From a virus, in IMG/VR virus record IMGVR_UViG_3300013118_000772: a DNA stretch of 64,000 bases, one strand, 5' to 3'. Under the pieces are notes generated by a model. The model saw only the letters and a program-made list of their open reading frames with translations. It was not told where the DNA came from and did not search any database. The translations under genes and the position numbers were made by a program. Below are positions 1 to 9,431 of this stretch, piece by piece. Numbering within the stretch: the stretch's first letter is position 1; the number at the start of each line of letters is the position of its first letter.

Positions 1-15
1 AATAGATTAATCTAA

Positions 16-1044
16 TTATATATTGCCTAAATGTTCTATTGTTTTGAATAGAGTAGAATCAATAACTAACTGTTCTGTGACACCTTCTAATAGGTCTCGA
101 TCTGCTTCTCTAAATAAAATTGATAATTTACCTAGTTTTTCTATTGTAATTAACTTATTTTTAATAACATAATTATACATTTTAACCAATAAAAATCTAC
201 AATCACCACCTTCCATAATATATTGTTTAATACCTTTTCTGGAAGCGAGCCAATTTTTGTCCTTAAATATAGACTTTACTATGAACAGGAATGTTCCTTC
301 AAAAGTATCCTGATATATATTGTCCATAGTAACTGTGCCATTATTTGCAACTGATTGTAATCTCATTATAGCCTGTCTAATATCGCCGTCACAATTGGAA
401 GATATATAATTTAATCCTTCTTCATTATATTGAAATTCTTCTTTTTTGCAAATATATTCTAATCTATTTTTTATATCTTCGTCCTTTAAAGGCAGAAATT
501 TATAGTTTACACATCTAGATTTTAAAGCATTTATTATTTTTGATATTTCATTGCAACATAATATAAACCTACAATTGGAAGAATATTTTTCCATTATTCT
601 TCTTAAAGCATGTTGTCCATCTTTTGTCATTGAATCTATTTCATCAAGCAAAATAATCCTAAATTCTTTCATTATAGGCATAGATTTAGATATATGTTTT
701 ATTTTTTCTCTAACAGTATTTATACCTCGTTCATCAGATGCGTTTAGTTCTGTAAAATTTACTTCAAACGTTTTACCCATTAATTCCTTTGATATAGCAT
801 GGGCTGCAGTAGTCTTTCCAACTCCAGGTCGACCGAAGAATAATAAATGATCAAAAGATCTTTTTTTAATTATAGACTTTAAGTCTGTTATTATATGTTC
901 CTGACCACATATTTCATCTACTTTTTGTGGACGATATTTTTCTACTAAAATTTCCATTTTTTTCACCTTTATTTCTTTTGTAAAGTAAACAACCATAACA
1001 AGCCTTTTCACAATACTCATTTTCTTTAAATGGACATAATCCAT
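16..1044 (-). CDS. rfcS: Replication factor C small subunit (AAA+ clamp loader)
   Basis: Walker A GRPGVGKT, Walker B LLDEID, SRC sensor motif (LKSRC), N-terminal EKYRPQKVDEI box typical of RFC; real start probably the internal Met near 957 (MEILVEKYRP). Confidence 0.85.
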   Translation of the reverse strand: MDYVHLKKMSIVKRLVMVVYFTKEIKVKKMEILVEKYRPQKVDEICGQEHIITDLKSIIKKRSFDHLLFFGRPGVGKTTAAHAISKELMGKTFEVNFTELNASDERGINTVREKIKHISKSMPIMKEFRIILLDEIDSMTKDGQHALRRIMEKYSSNCRFILCCNEISKIINALKSRCVNYKFLPLKDEDIKNRLEYICKKEEFQYNEEGLNYISSNCDGDIRQAIMRLQSVANNGTVTMDNIYQDTFEGTFLFIVKSIFKDKNWLASRKGIKQYIMEGGDCRFLLVKMYNYVIKNKLITIEKLGKLSILFREADRDLLEGVTEQLVIDSTLFKTIEHLGNI

Positions 1045-1996
1045 TTTGAATTAAAGTACTTTGAACAGGAAACATATATTTATCTTTTCCATAAAGATAA
1101 TGAGGTTGTCTTTCATCTTTCATACAATGCCTAAATTTAGCCGGATTTAAATACTTTCTTAAAATTTCTACAGCTTCACCAAAAGTATAACAATTATCGC
1201 GCAATCCTATTATAACTATTCTTCTTTCATTCCAGCCAAGATTGCCTTTTGATAAAAGCATTTTTATGCAATCAGGAAGTAATGGAGATAAATCTGCAAA
1301 GTCTTCACTGTCCAGGTTTATACTTGATCTATCAAATTCTATATTATTCATTATATCAGTATCAAACTCTTCTATGTTCCAATATTTATGACCAAATCCA
1401 TTGTAAAAAAATCTTTGATATTTAGCTAATTCAAATATGGTTTTTTCACCTAAATTAATTATTTTTTCATCTAAAGGTATACAAAATCTTTTAGCAGTAG
1501 GTTTGTGATTATAAGTATTATCCACACGATGAATTCTAGCAATATCACCTTTAACTTGTTTATCCATTTTAATATCTAATTCTTCACAAAGCCAAGTCTG
1601 AGCATTAAATACACATTGTTTTTTATTGTTTATAAAAGAATTTGGTTCAGTAGCTATAATTATATCATAAGCGGAACCAGTACATCTTGGAAAATGTAAA
1701 ATTTTACGTTCCTTACACCAATTGTGAATTTTTATTAAATTTTCATAGGCATCTACATGATACGTGTAACCATTATCAACTATCTTTTTATCGAGATCAA
1801 AGTAAATCCGATCAATTATAGCTGTTTCATAAATTGGAAATGGATATGGTTCTCTAAATTTGGAAAAGTTATAAACATTAGTATATATGCTAGAAGTAGG
1901 AGAGTTGGCATTAACGAAGTTAATAAACTGTCTAGTATTTCGTACTACTGTTCTTTTTGGGTTACATATTTCACGAGGAAACCTTAAATTATACAT
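914..1996 (-). CDS. Archaeo-eukaryotic primase (AEP/PriS-like primase-polymerase) with C-terminal Cys cluster
   Basis: AEP motif I IYFDLD, motif III-like ARIHRVDNTYNHK, C-terminal CEKACYGC zinc-finger-like cluster; sits beside RFC and polB. Confidence 0.5.
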   Translation of the reverse strand: MYNLRFPREICNPKRTVVRNTRQFINFVNANSPTSSIYTNVYNFSKFREPYPFPIYETAIIDRIYFDLDKKIVDNGYTYHVDAYENLIKIHNWCKERKILHFPRCTGSAYDIIIATEPNSFINNKKQCVFNAQTWLCEELDIKMDKQVKGDIARIHRVDNTYNHKPTAKRFCIPLDEKIINLGEKTIFELAKYQRFFYNGFGHKYWNIEEFDTDIMNNIEFDRSSINLDSEDFADLSPLLPDCIKMLLSKGNLGWNERRIVIIGLRDNCYTFGEAVEILRKYLNPAKFRHCMKDERQPHYLYGKDKYMFPVQSTLIQNGLCPFKENEYCEKACYGCLLYKRNKGEKNGNFSRKISSTKSR

Positions 1997-2142
1997 AGTT
2001 TATTTACCTCTATTAGCTTTTTAGATCTATTTATAATATCTTTTTTAATAGCTTCTGCTAGTTCTTTATTTCTTCTAATTTTAATATCTTGCATAGCTTT
2101 TAAGCTAAAATAAACCCCTGTTGGACAAGCACATCTTATCAT

Positions 2143-2232
2143 TATTCACATCTTCCATATCCACAAATTATGCAACTTTTACATCCTTCTCGATGTACTA
2201 ATTGACATCCACAATCCGGGCATTTTTCCATT
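2143..2232 (-). CDS. Small Cys-rich zinc-ribbon peptide (29 aa)
   Basis: Manual translation MEKCPDCGCQLVHREGCKSCIICGYGRCE; below ORF-track size cutoff. Confidence 0.2.
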
Positions 2233-2240
2233 TTAATTTT

Positions 2241-3155
2241 CTATCTTAATACGACATTCATACAATTATCTTTATAATTGCACCATTTGCAGTTTTCAAA
2301 TGAAGCATTAGCTGGCCACATTCCTGTATCTAAACATATTTTAATTTTATTCCTAACTTTGTCAATATCATCTAATAGTTTTTTTACATCTTCTTTTTTT
2401 AATTCAACATGATAAACATAATTATCAAATGGAAAGTATATAGCTCCAAATTTTATTTCTCCTAAGTCAGGTCGATGGATTTCTACTATTGCTTTATACC
2501 ATAATAAATCCTCTTCATAATTTTTACATTTGCTTTTTGTTGGCTTTCCGGTTTTATTATCCACGACAACTAAATTTCCATTTCTAAAGTTTGGAAACTT
2601 ATCAATAGGTGGAGCAAATGAATCCCCTTCAAAACATTTATGTACTCTATCAGGTATTCCAATAAGTTTTGGATTTTCAGTTTTCATTTTCTTTTCGTTT
2701 ATCAAAGGAATAAAATATTCCATTCCAAAACCTGCTTTATGAACAGCTTTCCATCTTTCAATTTCGAATTTAACTACATTTTTTTTATAATCTGTATTAG
2801 GATGATATTTAAGTTTGCTAATGTTCAATAACTCTCCATTGGATTGAGGCTTAATTATATTAAACAAATTTTCTATAAAATCATGAACATCAATTCCAAT
2901 AGCAAAATATGGGTTAAAGGGTTGTTCAATATCATCTATATAGTTAAATTTAAATGCTAAAGGACAATGTTCGAAAAGGTATTTTTTACTTTTACTAATA
3001 TACATTAAATAGTCGTAATTTTTCATATAGTTCACCTTTTCTTTTATCAATTCTCTTTCCACAATATAAACATGAAACAGTCTTTGCTTGTTTAAACCTA
3101 AATGAATGTAGGTAAAATATTTCTTTACAATGATAACATTTAATTTCCTCTCCAA
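2241..3155 (-). CDS. Cas4-like PD-(D/E)XK nuclease with four-Cys cluster
   Basis: N-terminal Cys in YLFEHCP and C-terminal CKWCNYKDNC (C-x2-C-x5-C) as in Cas4/RecB-family exonucleases; acidic motifs IGIDVHD, GIPDRV; start may be internal Met (MKNYDYLMY). Confidence 0.5.
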   Translation of the reverse strand: MERKLNVIIVKKYFTYIHLGLNKQRLFHVYIVERELIKEKVNYMKNYDYLMYISKSKKYLFEHCPLAFKFNYIDDIEQPFNPYFAIGIDVHDFIENLFNIIKPQSNGELLNISKLKYHPNTDYKKNVVKFEIERWKAVHKAGFGMEYFIPLINEKKMKTENPKLIGIPDRVHKCFEGDSFAPPIDKFPNFRNGNLVVVDNKTGKPTKSKCKNYEEDLLWYKAIVEIHRPDLGEIKFGAIYFPFDNYVYHVELKKEDVKKLLDDIDKVRNKIKICLDTGMWPANASFENCKWCNYKDNCMNVVLR

Positions 3156-3169
3156 CCATTTTTATTTAT

Positions 3170-5716
3170 TCAATAATCAAAAAGACTTTGTTGTCCTTTT
3201 AAATCCAAAATCGACCAGCCCAATCCTTCAAAGATTCGCTCCATCTTACTAGTAGTTGCCTCTTTTACATGTTTGTCATAATCTAATATAGATTTTTCTG
3301 GGATATCATCATTGTTTCTAAAAGCTATTACATCTGTTTTTTGCATTCCTGGAACTCCCCTTACATATATTAATAAAAACTTTTCACCAACTTGAATATT
3401 TAGTTTAAGATTTTTATTTGAAAAAATAACTCCTCTGACTGTTGGTATATTTGTTTGATATTCATTTAATGGCTTTTTTAGTGGAGTAGGTAATCCTATT
3501 TCCTCAAAGCTATACTTATCGTTTCGTATATCTTTTTCCACATTTCTGACATATTTAACTATATTTTCTTTTGATTGTTCCTCTTCAATTAGCATTTTAA
3601 AAACACATTTCTGTGTTTTTCTTGCTATTATGGATTGATCAGATCTTACAACTTCAAATCCTACTATCTGCATTTTGCTAATTTCTTTACCTTTATAATA
3701 GGATAAGAGTCCAGCATATCTTTTCTTAGCTTGACCAAAAAATATTCTTTTATATGCTTTTTCAAAATTAATTTTGAAGTAATGCTGTTTACAGTTAAAT
3801 AGATTAGCAAAATCATCATAACTATCTTGTAAAAATTCAGCTATTTTATTTCCTTCTTCTAGTACTGGAATAAGCTCATTTTCCTGATATTTGGCTTTTA
3901 AAAAATTTGAATCTGTGTCCCCGTATAATGTATCATAATTATTTTTACTAGCTATATATCTGTTCCATAACACTGAATTCCTTCCAACAAAAGTAGTCGC
4001 TGCTGCTATATCTGGCATATATAACCTAAATCCATAATACCCTAACGTCCCATAAAATGAATTCATTAAGATTTTAAATGCAAATTGTTTAAATTCTAAT
4101 CTAATATATTCTGGACTATTATAATCATACTTATCTCTTTCTGCTTGTATATTTATTCTTTCATCGAATAAATATTCTAACATTCCTGGTAGGAATCCTT
4201 TTTTATCTTGACTAAAATAAACATTTTTATTTCTTACATGTTTTGATATAGTGGCAGGGAGCTCTATTTTAAAATCTTGTTTATGTAAATCCCAATTTGC
4301 TTTGAAAAATTCATCAAAAGCTGAACTAATTTTATCGTACCATCTATTATCAAATTTCTCCCCGTCCTTTGAAGAAATCATAAAGGTTGAATGATCTAAA
4401 TAAGGAATTTTTAAATGAACTGAATTTTCATTTCTCTTATCTTGCAAGGTTTCTGGACTAGCATTTAATGAAGAAATTATTTTAGGATACAATGAGGTAT
4501 AATCAAATACTACCGAGTTTTTATGTATTCCTTTTTTTGGTTTTAAAACAAATGCTCCGGCAAAACTTTGTTTTCTATGATGTTTTTTAGTAGGATGAAC
4601 AAATTTACCTTTTGTAAAGTGAAGCATAAATGAATCTACTACTCTTGAGTTATTAAACACATCATTAAAAGAACATTTACTTAATCTTCTTGTTTCATCA
4701 AATGTCTGAACAATCTTCTTTTTCTTTTCTATCCTATAAACTAACATTGTATCTTTTTTATTATAGGCAATGAATTTATCTAAATCATCCTGCCAAAGGC
4801 TATGTAAGCTTCCTGCATATTTTATTTTTTTTTCACCTAGTTCATGACTTGCGACATTATCTAATCTATAACTATCTAATTCTCCATATTGCATTTTTCT
4901 ATAAGCTTCTAGCATATCAAAAATAATTCTTCCTTTAACTAATACATCTCCATACTTATTTGTTAAAGCTACATTCATAGGTGATAACCTTCTATAATCC
5001 ATTCCTATACTATTCATTCTGTTAATAATATAGGCCATATCAAAATCTTTAACGTTCCACCCACTAAACATATCACAATCTGTTTTCTGGACGTATTTTA
5101 TAAATGATATTAACATATCTCGTTCATTATCAAAAAATAAAGTGAAATCTTTATACTTATAATCTTCTTCATTAACAGTTTTAAAACTAACTGTACCATT
5201 ATTAACAGTTTTCCTTTGAAGGTCTTGTCTCCAGACAAAAGTAATACATTTCTTATCCATATTATTAAAACATGTAATAGCATTTATTGGATCACTTGCA
5301 TGTTCTATATCTGGAAATCTATTATTGGAAGCAACTTCAATATCAAGATAGGTAACAGAGAGAGGGACTCCTTTTAAATCATTATATTTATCTATTATAT
5401 ATCTGGTAGGATATAAAACATCTGCCTCAAAACTTTCATCTACTTTTTCCCTTAATTCTTTAACATAGGCAGGAATTTTTGTAATAACTTTTACTACATT
5501 CCTTCCTTTTATATCTTTATATTTTACTTCTTCTATTTTTAATACTCTTTTATCCTTTCTTAATTTTTCAACTTCGTTTTTTAAAATATAAAAATATGGC
5601 TTAAAATCATTATCTCTTATTATTCTTCTTTCACCTTTTTCGTTTCTACCAAATATTACTATGGTAGGAACTTCATTAGTTACTTCATACTCTACTTGTA
5701 TAGGAGTTACAGCAAT
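3170..5716 (-). CDS. polB: Family B DNA polymerase with 3-5 exonuclease domain
   Basis: Exo I LDIEV (in the upstream extension), Exo II NVKDFDMAY, Exo III YNKKD, motif A DYTSLYPKII, motif B KILMNSFYG, motif C YGDTDS. The ORF track starts at Met 5260, but the frame continues 152 codons upstream with clear archaeal PolB N-terminal similarity (FKPYFYIL). Proposed start is ATT at 5714-5716 behind SD AGGTGA. Confidence 0.85.
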   Translation of the reverse strand: MAVTPIQVEYEVTNEVPTIVIFGRNEKGERRIIRDNDFKPYFYILKNEVEKLRKDKRVLKIEEVKYKDIKGRNVVKVITKIPAYVKELREKVDESFEADVLYPTRYIIDKYNDLKGVPLSVTYLDIEVASNNRFPDIEHASDPINAITCFNNMDKKCITFVWRQDLQRKTVNNGTVSFKTVNEEDYKYKDFTLFFDNERDMLISFIKYVQKTDCDMFSGWNVKDFDMAYIINRMNSIGMDYRRLSPMNVALTNKYGDVLVKGRIIFDMLEAYRKMQYGELDSYRLDNVASHELGEKKIKYAGSLHSLWQDDLDKFIAYNKKDTMLVYRIEKKKKIVQTFDETRRLSKCSFNDVFNNSRVVDSFMLHFTKGKFVHPTKKHHRKQSFAGAFVLKPKKGIHKNSVVFDYTSLYPKIISSLNASPETLQDKRNENSVHLKIPYLDHSTFMISSKDGEKFDNRWYDKISSAFDEFFKANWDLHKQDFKIELPATISKHVRNKNVYFSQDKKGFLPGMLEYLFDERINIQAERDKYDYNSPEYIRLEFKQFAFKILMNSFYGTLGYYGFRLYMPDIAAATTFVGRNSVLWNRYIASKNNYDTLYGDTDSNFLKAKYQENELIPVLEEGNKIAEFLQDSYDDFANLFNCKQHYFKINFEKAYKRIFFGQAKKRYAGLLSYYKGKEISKMQIVGFEVVRSDQSIIARKTQKCVFKMLIEEEQSKENIVKYVRNVEKDIRNDKYSFEEIGLPTPLKKPLNEYQTNIPTVRGVIFSNKNLKLNIQVGEKFLLIYVRGVPGMQKTDVIAFRNNDDIPEKSILDYDKHVKEATTSKMERIFEGLGWSILDLKGQQSLFDY

Positions 5717-5835
5717 TTTAGCTCACCTTCTATATTTTTTAGCATTGATCCACAGAAAGGACATTGGACATAATTATCTTTTACATCAAATCTTAATGGC
5801 TTTTTGCATTTTGGACAATTTCTTTTTACATACAT
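5707..5835 (-). CDS. Zinc-ribbon peptide (42 aa) between dpdA-like gene and polB
   Basis: Manual translation MYVKRNCPKCKKPLRFDVKDNYVQCPFCGSMLKNIEGELKLL; CPKC...CPFC; SD AGGTGA 5 nt upstream of ATG; 3' end overlaps polB N-terminal frame. Confidence 0.4.
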   Translation of the reverse strand: MYVKRNCPKCKKPLRFDVKDNYVQCPFCGSMLKNIEGELKLL

Positions 5836-5844
5836 TTAAATCAC

Positions 5845-7005
5845 CTAATAATCTAATAATCCTGCTGTATTGACTTTACCATTATCTTTTGAAAAATGAG
5901 ATTGAAATTTAACACATGCTTTATCAAATCCCTTATCTAAACTATAATCTATAAATTCAATAGCTAATTGTACTTCTTTATCAAAAAATTTACGTATGAA
6001 GTTTCTGTAAACTTCTTTATCATCTTTAAGACTATTACAAAGTTTAGTATATTGAATCAATTGATAAAGATTATGCAATGATATTATACCACCAGGTGCA
6101 CTACCTTGTGAGGATAACATATTTATACTATCAATTTGACTACATACAGGACACATGCAAGGTATATTTTTTATATTTGCTTTATTTGCCTGACCAAAGA
6201 ATAATTCCATTTTACCAAAATATAAAGGAAGAAAATATTTTCTTTGCATTGATCCCTGAGCCCAAGCACTGCTATCTGCAGTAATATTATCTACATATCT
6301 TGCTAAGTAAGCTAAAACAGGAATTGTTCTACTTCCACTGACAGCTAAAAAATGAAAGTTATTACTATGACCTTTATTGTACATATACATACCTTGGTAG
6401 GCTAATAACATTGGCTTTGCCTCTGGTTTACATCCAAACGACCAACCTGTTTTTGTCATATTAGGATATTTTGAAGCCATATTATACCAGTCGTCCATTT
6501 TTCTTTTATTAAATCCATAACCTTGAAAAATATTATATAGTTTTAAAGGTCTTTCAGGATTAGATTCTAAATATTTAGTATATAAATCTTCTGCTATTTT
6601 AAAATTTTCATTGCTAATATTCATAGACTTTTTCCATGCTTTTTCATCCGCATCAAAAGGAGGATAATCTAAAGGAAAACCAATATCACAATTTTCAACT
6701 TGCCAATCAAAAACTTCTTTTGGGTCTATTTCTATATCCTGACCTTTCCATTCTTTTAGGCTCATATTTTGAAATCCGCCACTATCCCCCATAAAAATAA
6801 TATCATCTTTTATTTTTAATAACTTTCGTATATTTTCTTTTTTCATACCATAATGAGCGGAAATTAAAATATAAGGATATTTAAATAAAGATTCTTTCTT
6901 CCACCATGTTAGGTCTTTTTCACCATCTTTAAAATGACCAGAAATTCGTTTATTTGTACTACATGCGCCAGGAACTTCTGCTGGAACGAAATTAAAGTTA
7001 CCCAT
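5845..7005 (-). CDS. dpdA: tRNA-guanine transglycosylase family enzyme, DpdA-like candidate DNA 7-deazaguanine transglycosylase
   Basis: TGT catalytic motif MGDSGGFQNMSL and zinc site CMCPVCSQ...H; 386 aa with no PUA domain; embedded in a preQ0 synthesis operon with no queF/queA or tRNA context. Confidence 0.7.
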   Translation of the reverse strand: MGNFNFVPAEVPGACSTNKRISGHFKDGEKDLTWWKKESLFKYPYILISAHYGMKKENIRKLLKIKDDIIFMGDSGGFQNMSLKEWKGQDIEIDPKEVFDWQVENCDIGFPLDYPPFDADEKAWKKSMNISNENFKIAEDLYTKYLESNPERPLKLYNIFQGYGFNKRKMDDWYNMASKYPNMTKTGWSFGCKPEAKPMLLAYQGMYMYNKGHSNNFHFLAVSGSRTIPVLAYLARYVDNITADSSAWAQGSMQRKYFLPLYFGKMELFFGQANKANIKNIPCMCPVCSQIDSINMLSSQGSAPGGIISLHNLYQLIQYTKLCNSLKDDKEVYRNFIRKFFDKEVQLAIEFIDYSLDKGFDKACVKFQSHFSKDNGKVNTAGLLDY

Positions 7006-7006
7006 T

Positions 7007-8353
7007 CTATTTCAACTCCTTTCTTATTGCATAAAGTTCATTTTCAAAAAATTCAAATATATCATCAGGAAGTATTATTACATGGTCGTCGTCTATTTGT
7101 ATGTCAAATATCTCTTGATGCCATACAGGGTCAATCCTTCCTAATGTTTGGTACTTATTTGAATATACATAAGCAAGTGTTTCTGCTTCCTTTTTTCCAT
7201 CTTCTGAATTAAAAATAGCATCTAAGTCATCTGTATTAAGTATTTCCCTATGACTACTTAATCCAATTCTTTCTGGGTCTTCTTTTAATCCTTCTAGCAT
7301 AAAAGCTATTCTTTGGCATTTGTCACATTCATCACAAGGAAGCCACATTCCGTTTTTACTTTTCTTTGGAGTAAAACAACTCATTTGATATTGATATAGA
7401 TTAAATATATCATTTCGTATGAATATCTTTTGAATTGCTGATTCTGATAAATTATACACTAATGAAAATACTTGCATATTAGTACCGATTTCTTTAAGAT
7501 AATGACTTATCTTCCTTTCAAAATGGGTTGATTGATCAAAATTATGACCAAGTATTTCATGACCTTTAAATTCAAATGGAACAGTACAATCAAATTCATT
7601 TCCAAAAACTAGATTTCTAATTCCATTAATATTGCAATAAGCCAATTCAATAAAAGCTAGAATAGGTAAATATAAATTATTCTTACCCCATTTAGGTGCA
7701 ATGAAATCAAAAATTTCAAATATATTGGTTTGTATTTTATCTGACCAGGGAATTGCTTTATACATCATTTCACTTGGATCAAATCGATTATCATCAATAA
7801 ATAGAGGATAAGTTCTATAATTCAACTTTTGTAAAGTAGTAAAAGTCATTGTACTTTCTTTACCTCCACTCATGCTAATAGCATATTTATCTTCTTTATT
7901 TAGCTTATATTTAATGGGATCTAATAAAGGAAATTTTTCATATCCTTCCAAGTTAATATCTTTAAATTCTTTGAATTTATTTGTGAATGTAGTTCTCATT
8001 TGGAAATCTAGATCCAAAAGAAATGAATGATCTAATGAATTTAATTTAAATAGATGTCCTTTACTTAATGATTCCCAATTAGTTAAACATTCATTTTTAG
8101 TAAATAAACCTATATTTAATAATTGAACGTGAACTGACATAGCTAATAATTTTAGACTAATCTTACTATTTTCTAAATTACAATATTTTGGAAAGTTAAT
8201 ATAAATTGGTATAATAATAGAATCATTGTTGTACTGTAACATATATTTACAAGTAAATATATTTTTCATAATTTTTAAATCAAATAATGTTACTCTATTA
8301 AATTTAAAATTAGGATTTTCTTCTATATGTTTAATTAATTCTTTTTTATTCAT
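7007..8353 (-). CDS. QueC-family PP-loop ATPase paralog with about 150-aa N-terminal domain of unknown function
   Basis: Variant PP-loop ISMSGGKEST and QueC-like C-terminal zinc cluster C-x13-CDECDKC; start ATG overlaps queC stop (ATGA). Confidence 0.6.
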   Translation of the reverse strand: MNKKELIKHIEENPNFKFNRVTLFDLKIMKNIFTCKYMLQYNNDSIIIPIYINFPKYCNLENSKISLKLLAMSVHVQLLNIGLFTKNECLTNWESLSKGHLFKLNSLDHSFLLDLDFQMRTTFTNKFKEFKDINLEGYEKFPLLDPIKYKLNKEDKYAISMSGGKESTMTFTTLQKLNYRTYPLFIDDNRFDPSEMMYKAIPWSDKIQTNIFEIFDFIAPKWGKNNLYLPILAFIELAYCNINGIRNLVFGNEFDCTVPFEFKGHEILGHNFDQSTHFERKISHYLKEIGTNMQVFSLVYNLSESAIQKIFIRNDIFNLYQYQMSCFTPKKSKNGMWLPCDECDKCQRIAFMLEGLKEDPERIGLSSHREILNTDDLDAIFNSEDGKKEAETLAYVYSNKYQTLGRIDPVWHQEIFDIQIDDDHVIILPDDIFEFFENELYAIRKELK

Positions 8354-9078
8354 TTAGTTAACCTCTTTGCCCTTCTAGCTAATGCAGCTAAAAAATCTTC
8401 TCTTTCATCTTTTCTTGACATTAATTTTTTATTTGCTTCCTCAGTTAGATTTTCAAATGGATCTTTTTCAAATATTTCATGATAGCTTATATTATTTAAC
8501 TCCAAAGCTACTGCTTTTCTTATACATGCTCTACAAACACCACATTCATGTATTTTGCCACTATAACAACTTCTAGCAAAATGTTTTAGATGTGAAACAA
8601 TGCCACCATTAGCTATATATTGCTTAACTATTTGTGCTTTAGTCAAGTGTTTAAATGGCATCTTAATACTAAAAGGGTAATTTTTTTCAAATACTTTATG
8701 TTTATCTATGGCAAAATAATTTAACATTCCTTCTACTTGTGCTTTGAAAATAAAATCCTTATCTTTTGTGCTATCTCCAGCAGTAAAACCCATATAAATT
8801 TCATTTCCATAATTAGCTGCAATTAAAGTCATAATAGAATTTCTATGAGGTATTATTTTATTTTCCATTTCCCATTCTACTAAAGGTAGTTTAAGTATTC
8901 TAACTTTATCTTTTATTTCTTCTGGCATAGCACTTAAATTTTCAAGTTCAATTTTATTGTCTTCTGTTTCTAAATCAAAAAAGATAATTTCATCATATAT
9001 ATCATTAAACAATAAACACCAGCTGTCTAGTCCACCAGAAAATAATAATATCTTTTTAACTTTTAAACTGTCCTGCAT
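8350..9078 (-). CDS. queC: 7-cyano-7-deazaguanine synthase
   Basis: PP-loop LFSGGLDS, zinc motif CYSGKIHECGVCRAC (C-x7-C-x2-C-x2-C), 242 aa. Confidence 0.85.
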   Translation of the reverse strand: MQDSLKVKKILLFSGGLDSWCLLFNDIYDEIIFFDLETEDNKIELENLSAMPEEIKDKVRILKLPLVEWEMENKIIPHRNSIMTLIAANYGNEIYMGFTAGDSTKDKDFIFKAQVEGMLNYFAIDKHKVFEKNYPFSIKMPFKHLTKAQIVKQYIANGGIVSHLKHFARSCYSGKIHECGVCRACIRKAVALELNNISYHEIFEKDPFENLTEEANKKLMSRKDEREDFLAALARRAKRLTK

Positions 9079-9431
9079 TTTATCTTTCCTCCTGAAAGTT
9101 CTCTTATTCCAAAATTTATTTCTTTATCATTATCTATATATTCGTCTATATGATATATTTCACAAAATGCTTTTTTGAATTGAACTACATAAGTATTATG
9201 CCACATCTTTAAAGGATTGTAAATTATCTTTATTTTGTCTGGATTCATTCCAAATCTTTTCAACGTTTTAAGAGTAATTTTTTTATCTTTATAATTTCTA
9301 GCTGTTATAATTATTTTAATATCTTCTATATTTACCTTTGGATTTAACCTATTAAATCTCTTTTTTAACCAATGATTTTTAAATTTAGATATAATTATAG
9401 TCCCATCCAAATCATAAGCTATTTTTTTCAT
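9063..9431 (-). CDS. Small HAD-superfamily phosphatase (possible nucleotidase)
   Basis: HAD motif I AYDLDGTI (DxDGT) at N-terminus; 122 aa. Confidence 0.5.
   Translation of the reverse strand: MKKIAYDLDGTIIISKFKNHWLKKRFNRLNPKVNIEDIKIIITARNYKDKKITLKTLKRFGMNPDKIKIIYNPLKMWHNTYVVQFKKAFCEIYHIDEYIDNDKEINFGIRELSGGKIKCRTV

Noticed and set aside
5723-5725. TGA recoding (alternative genetic code) as explanation for the stop just upstream of the polB N-terminal region
   Set aside because: TGA serves as an ordinary stop elsewhere in the window: queC ends at a TGA that forms an ATGA overlap with the next start, and polB itself ends in TGA. Non-AUG (ATT) initiation or frameshifting is more consistent.
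5845-7005. Interpreting the TGT-family gene as a tRNA archaeosine or queuosine transglycosylase supplied for host tRNA modification
   Set aside because: No PUA domain, no queF/queA/arcS context, embedded with preQ0 synthesis genes in a DNA-replication operon. A DNA-directed DpdA-type role is more parsimonious, though it cannot be excluded without assays.
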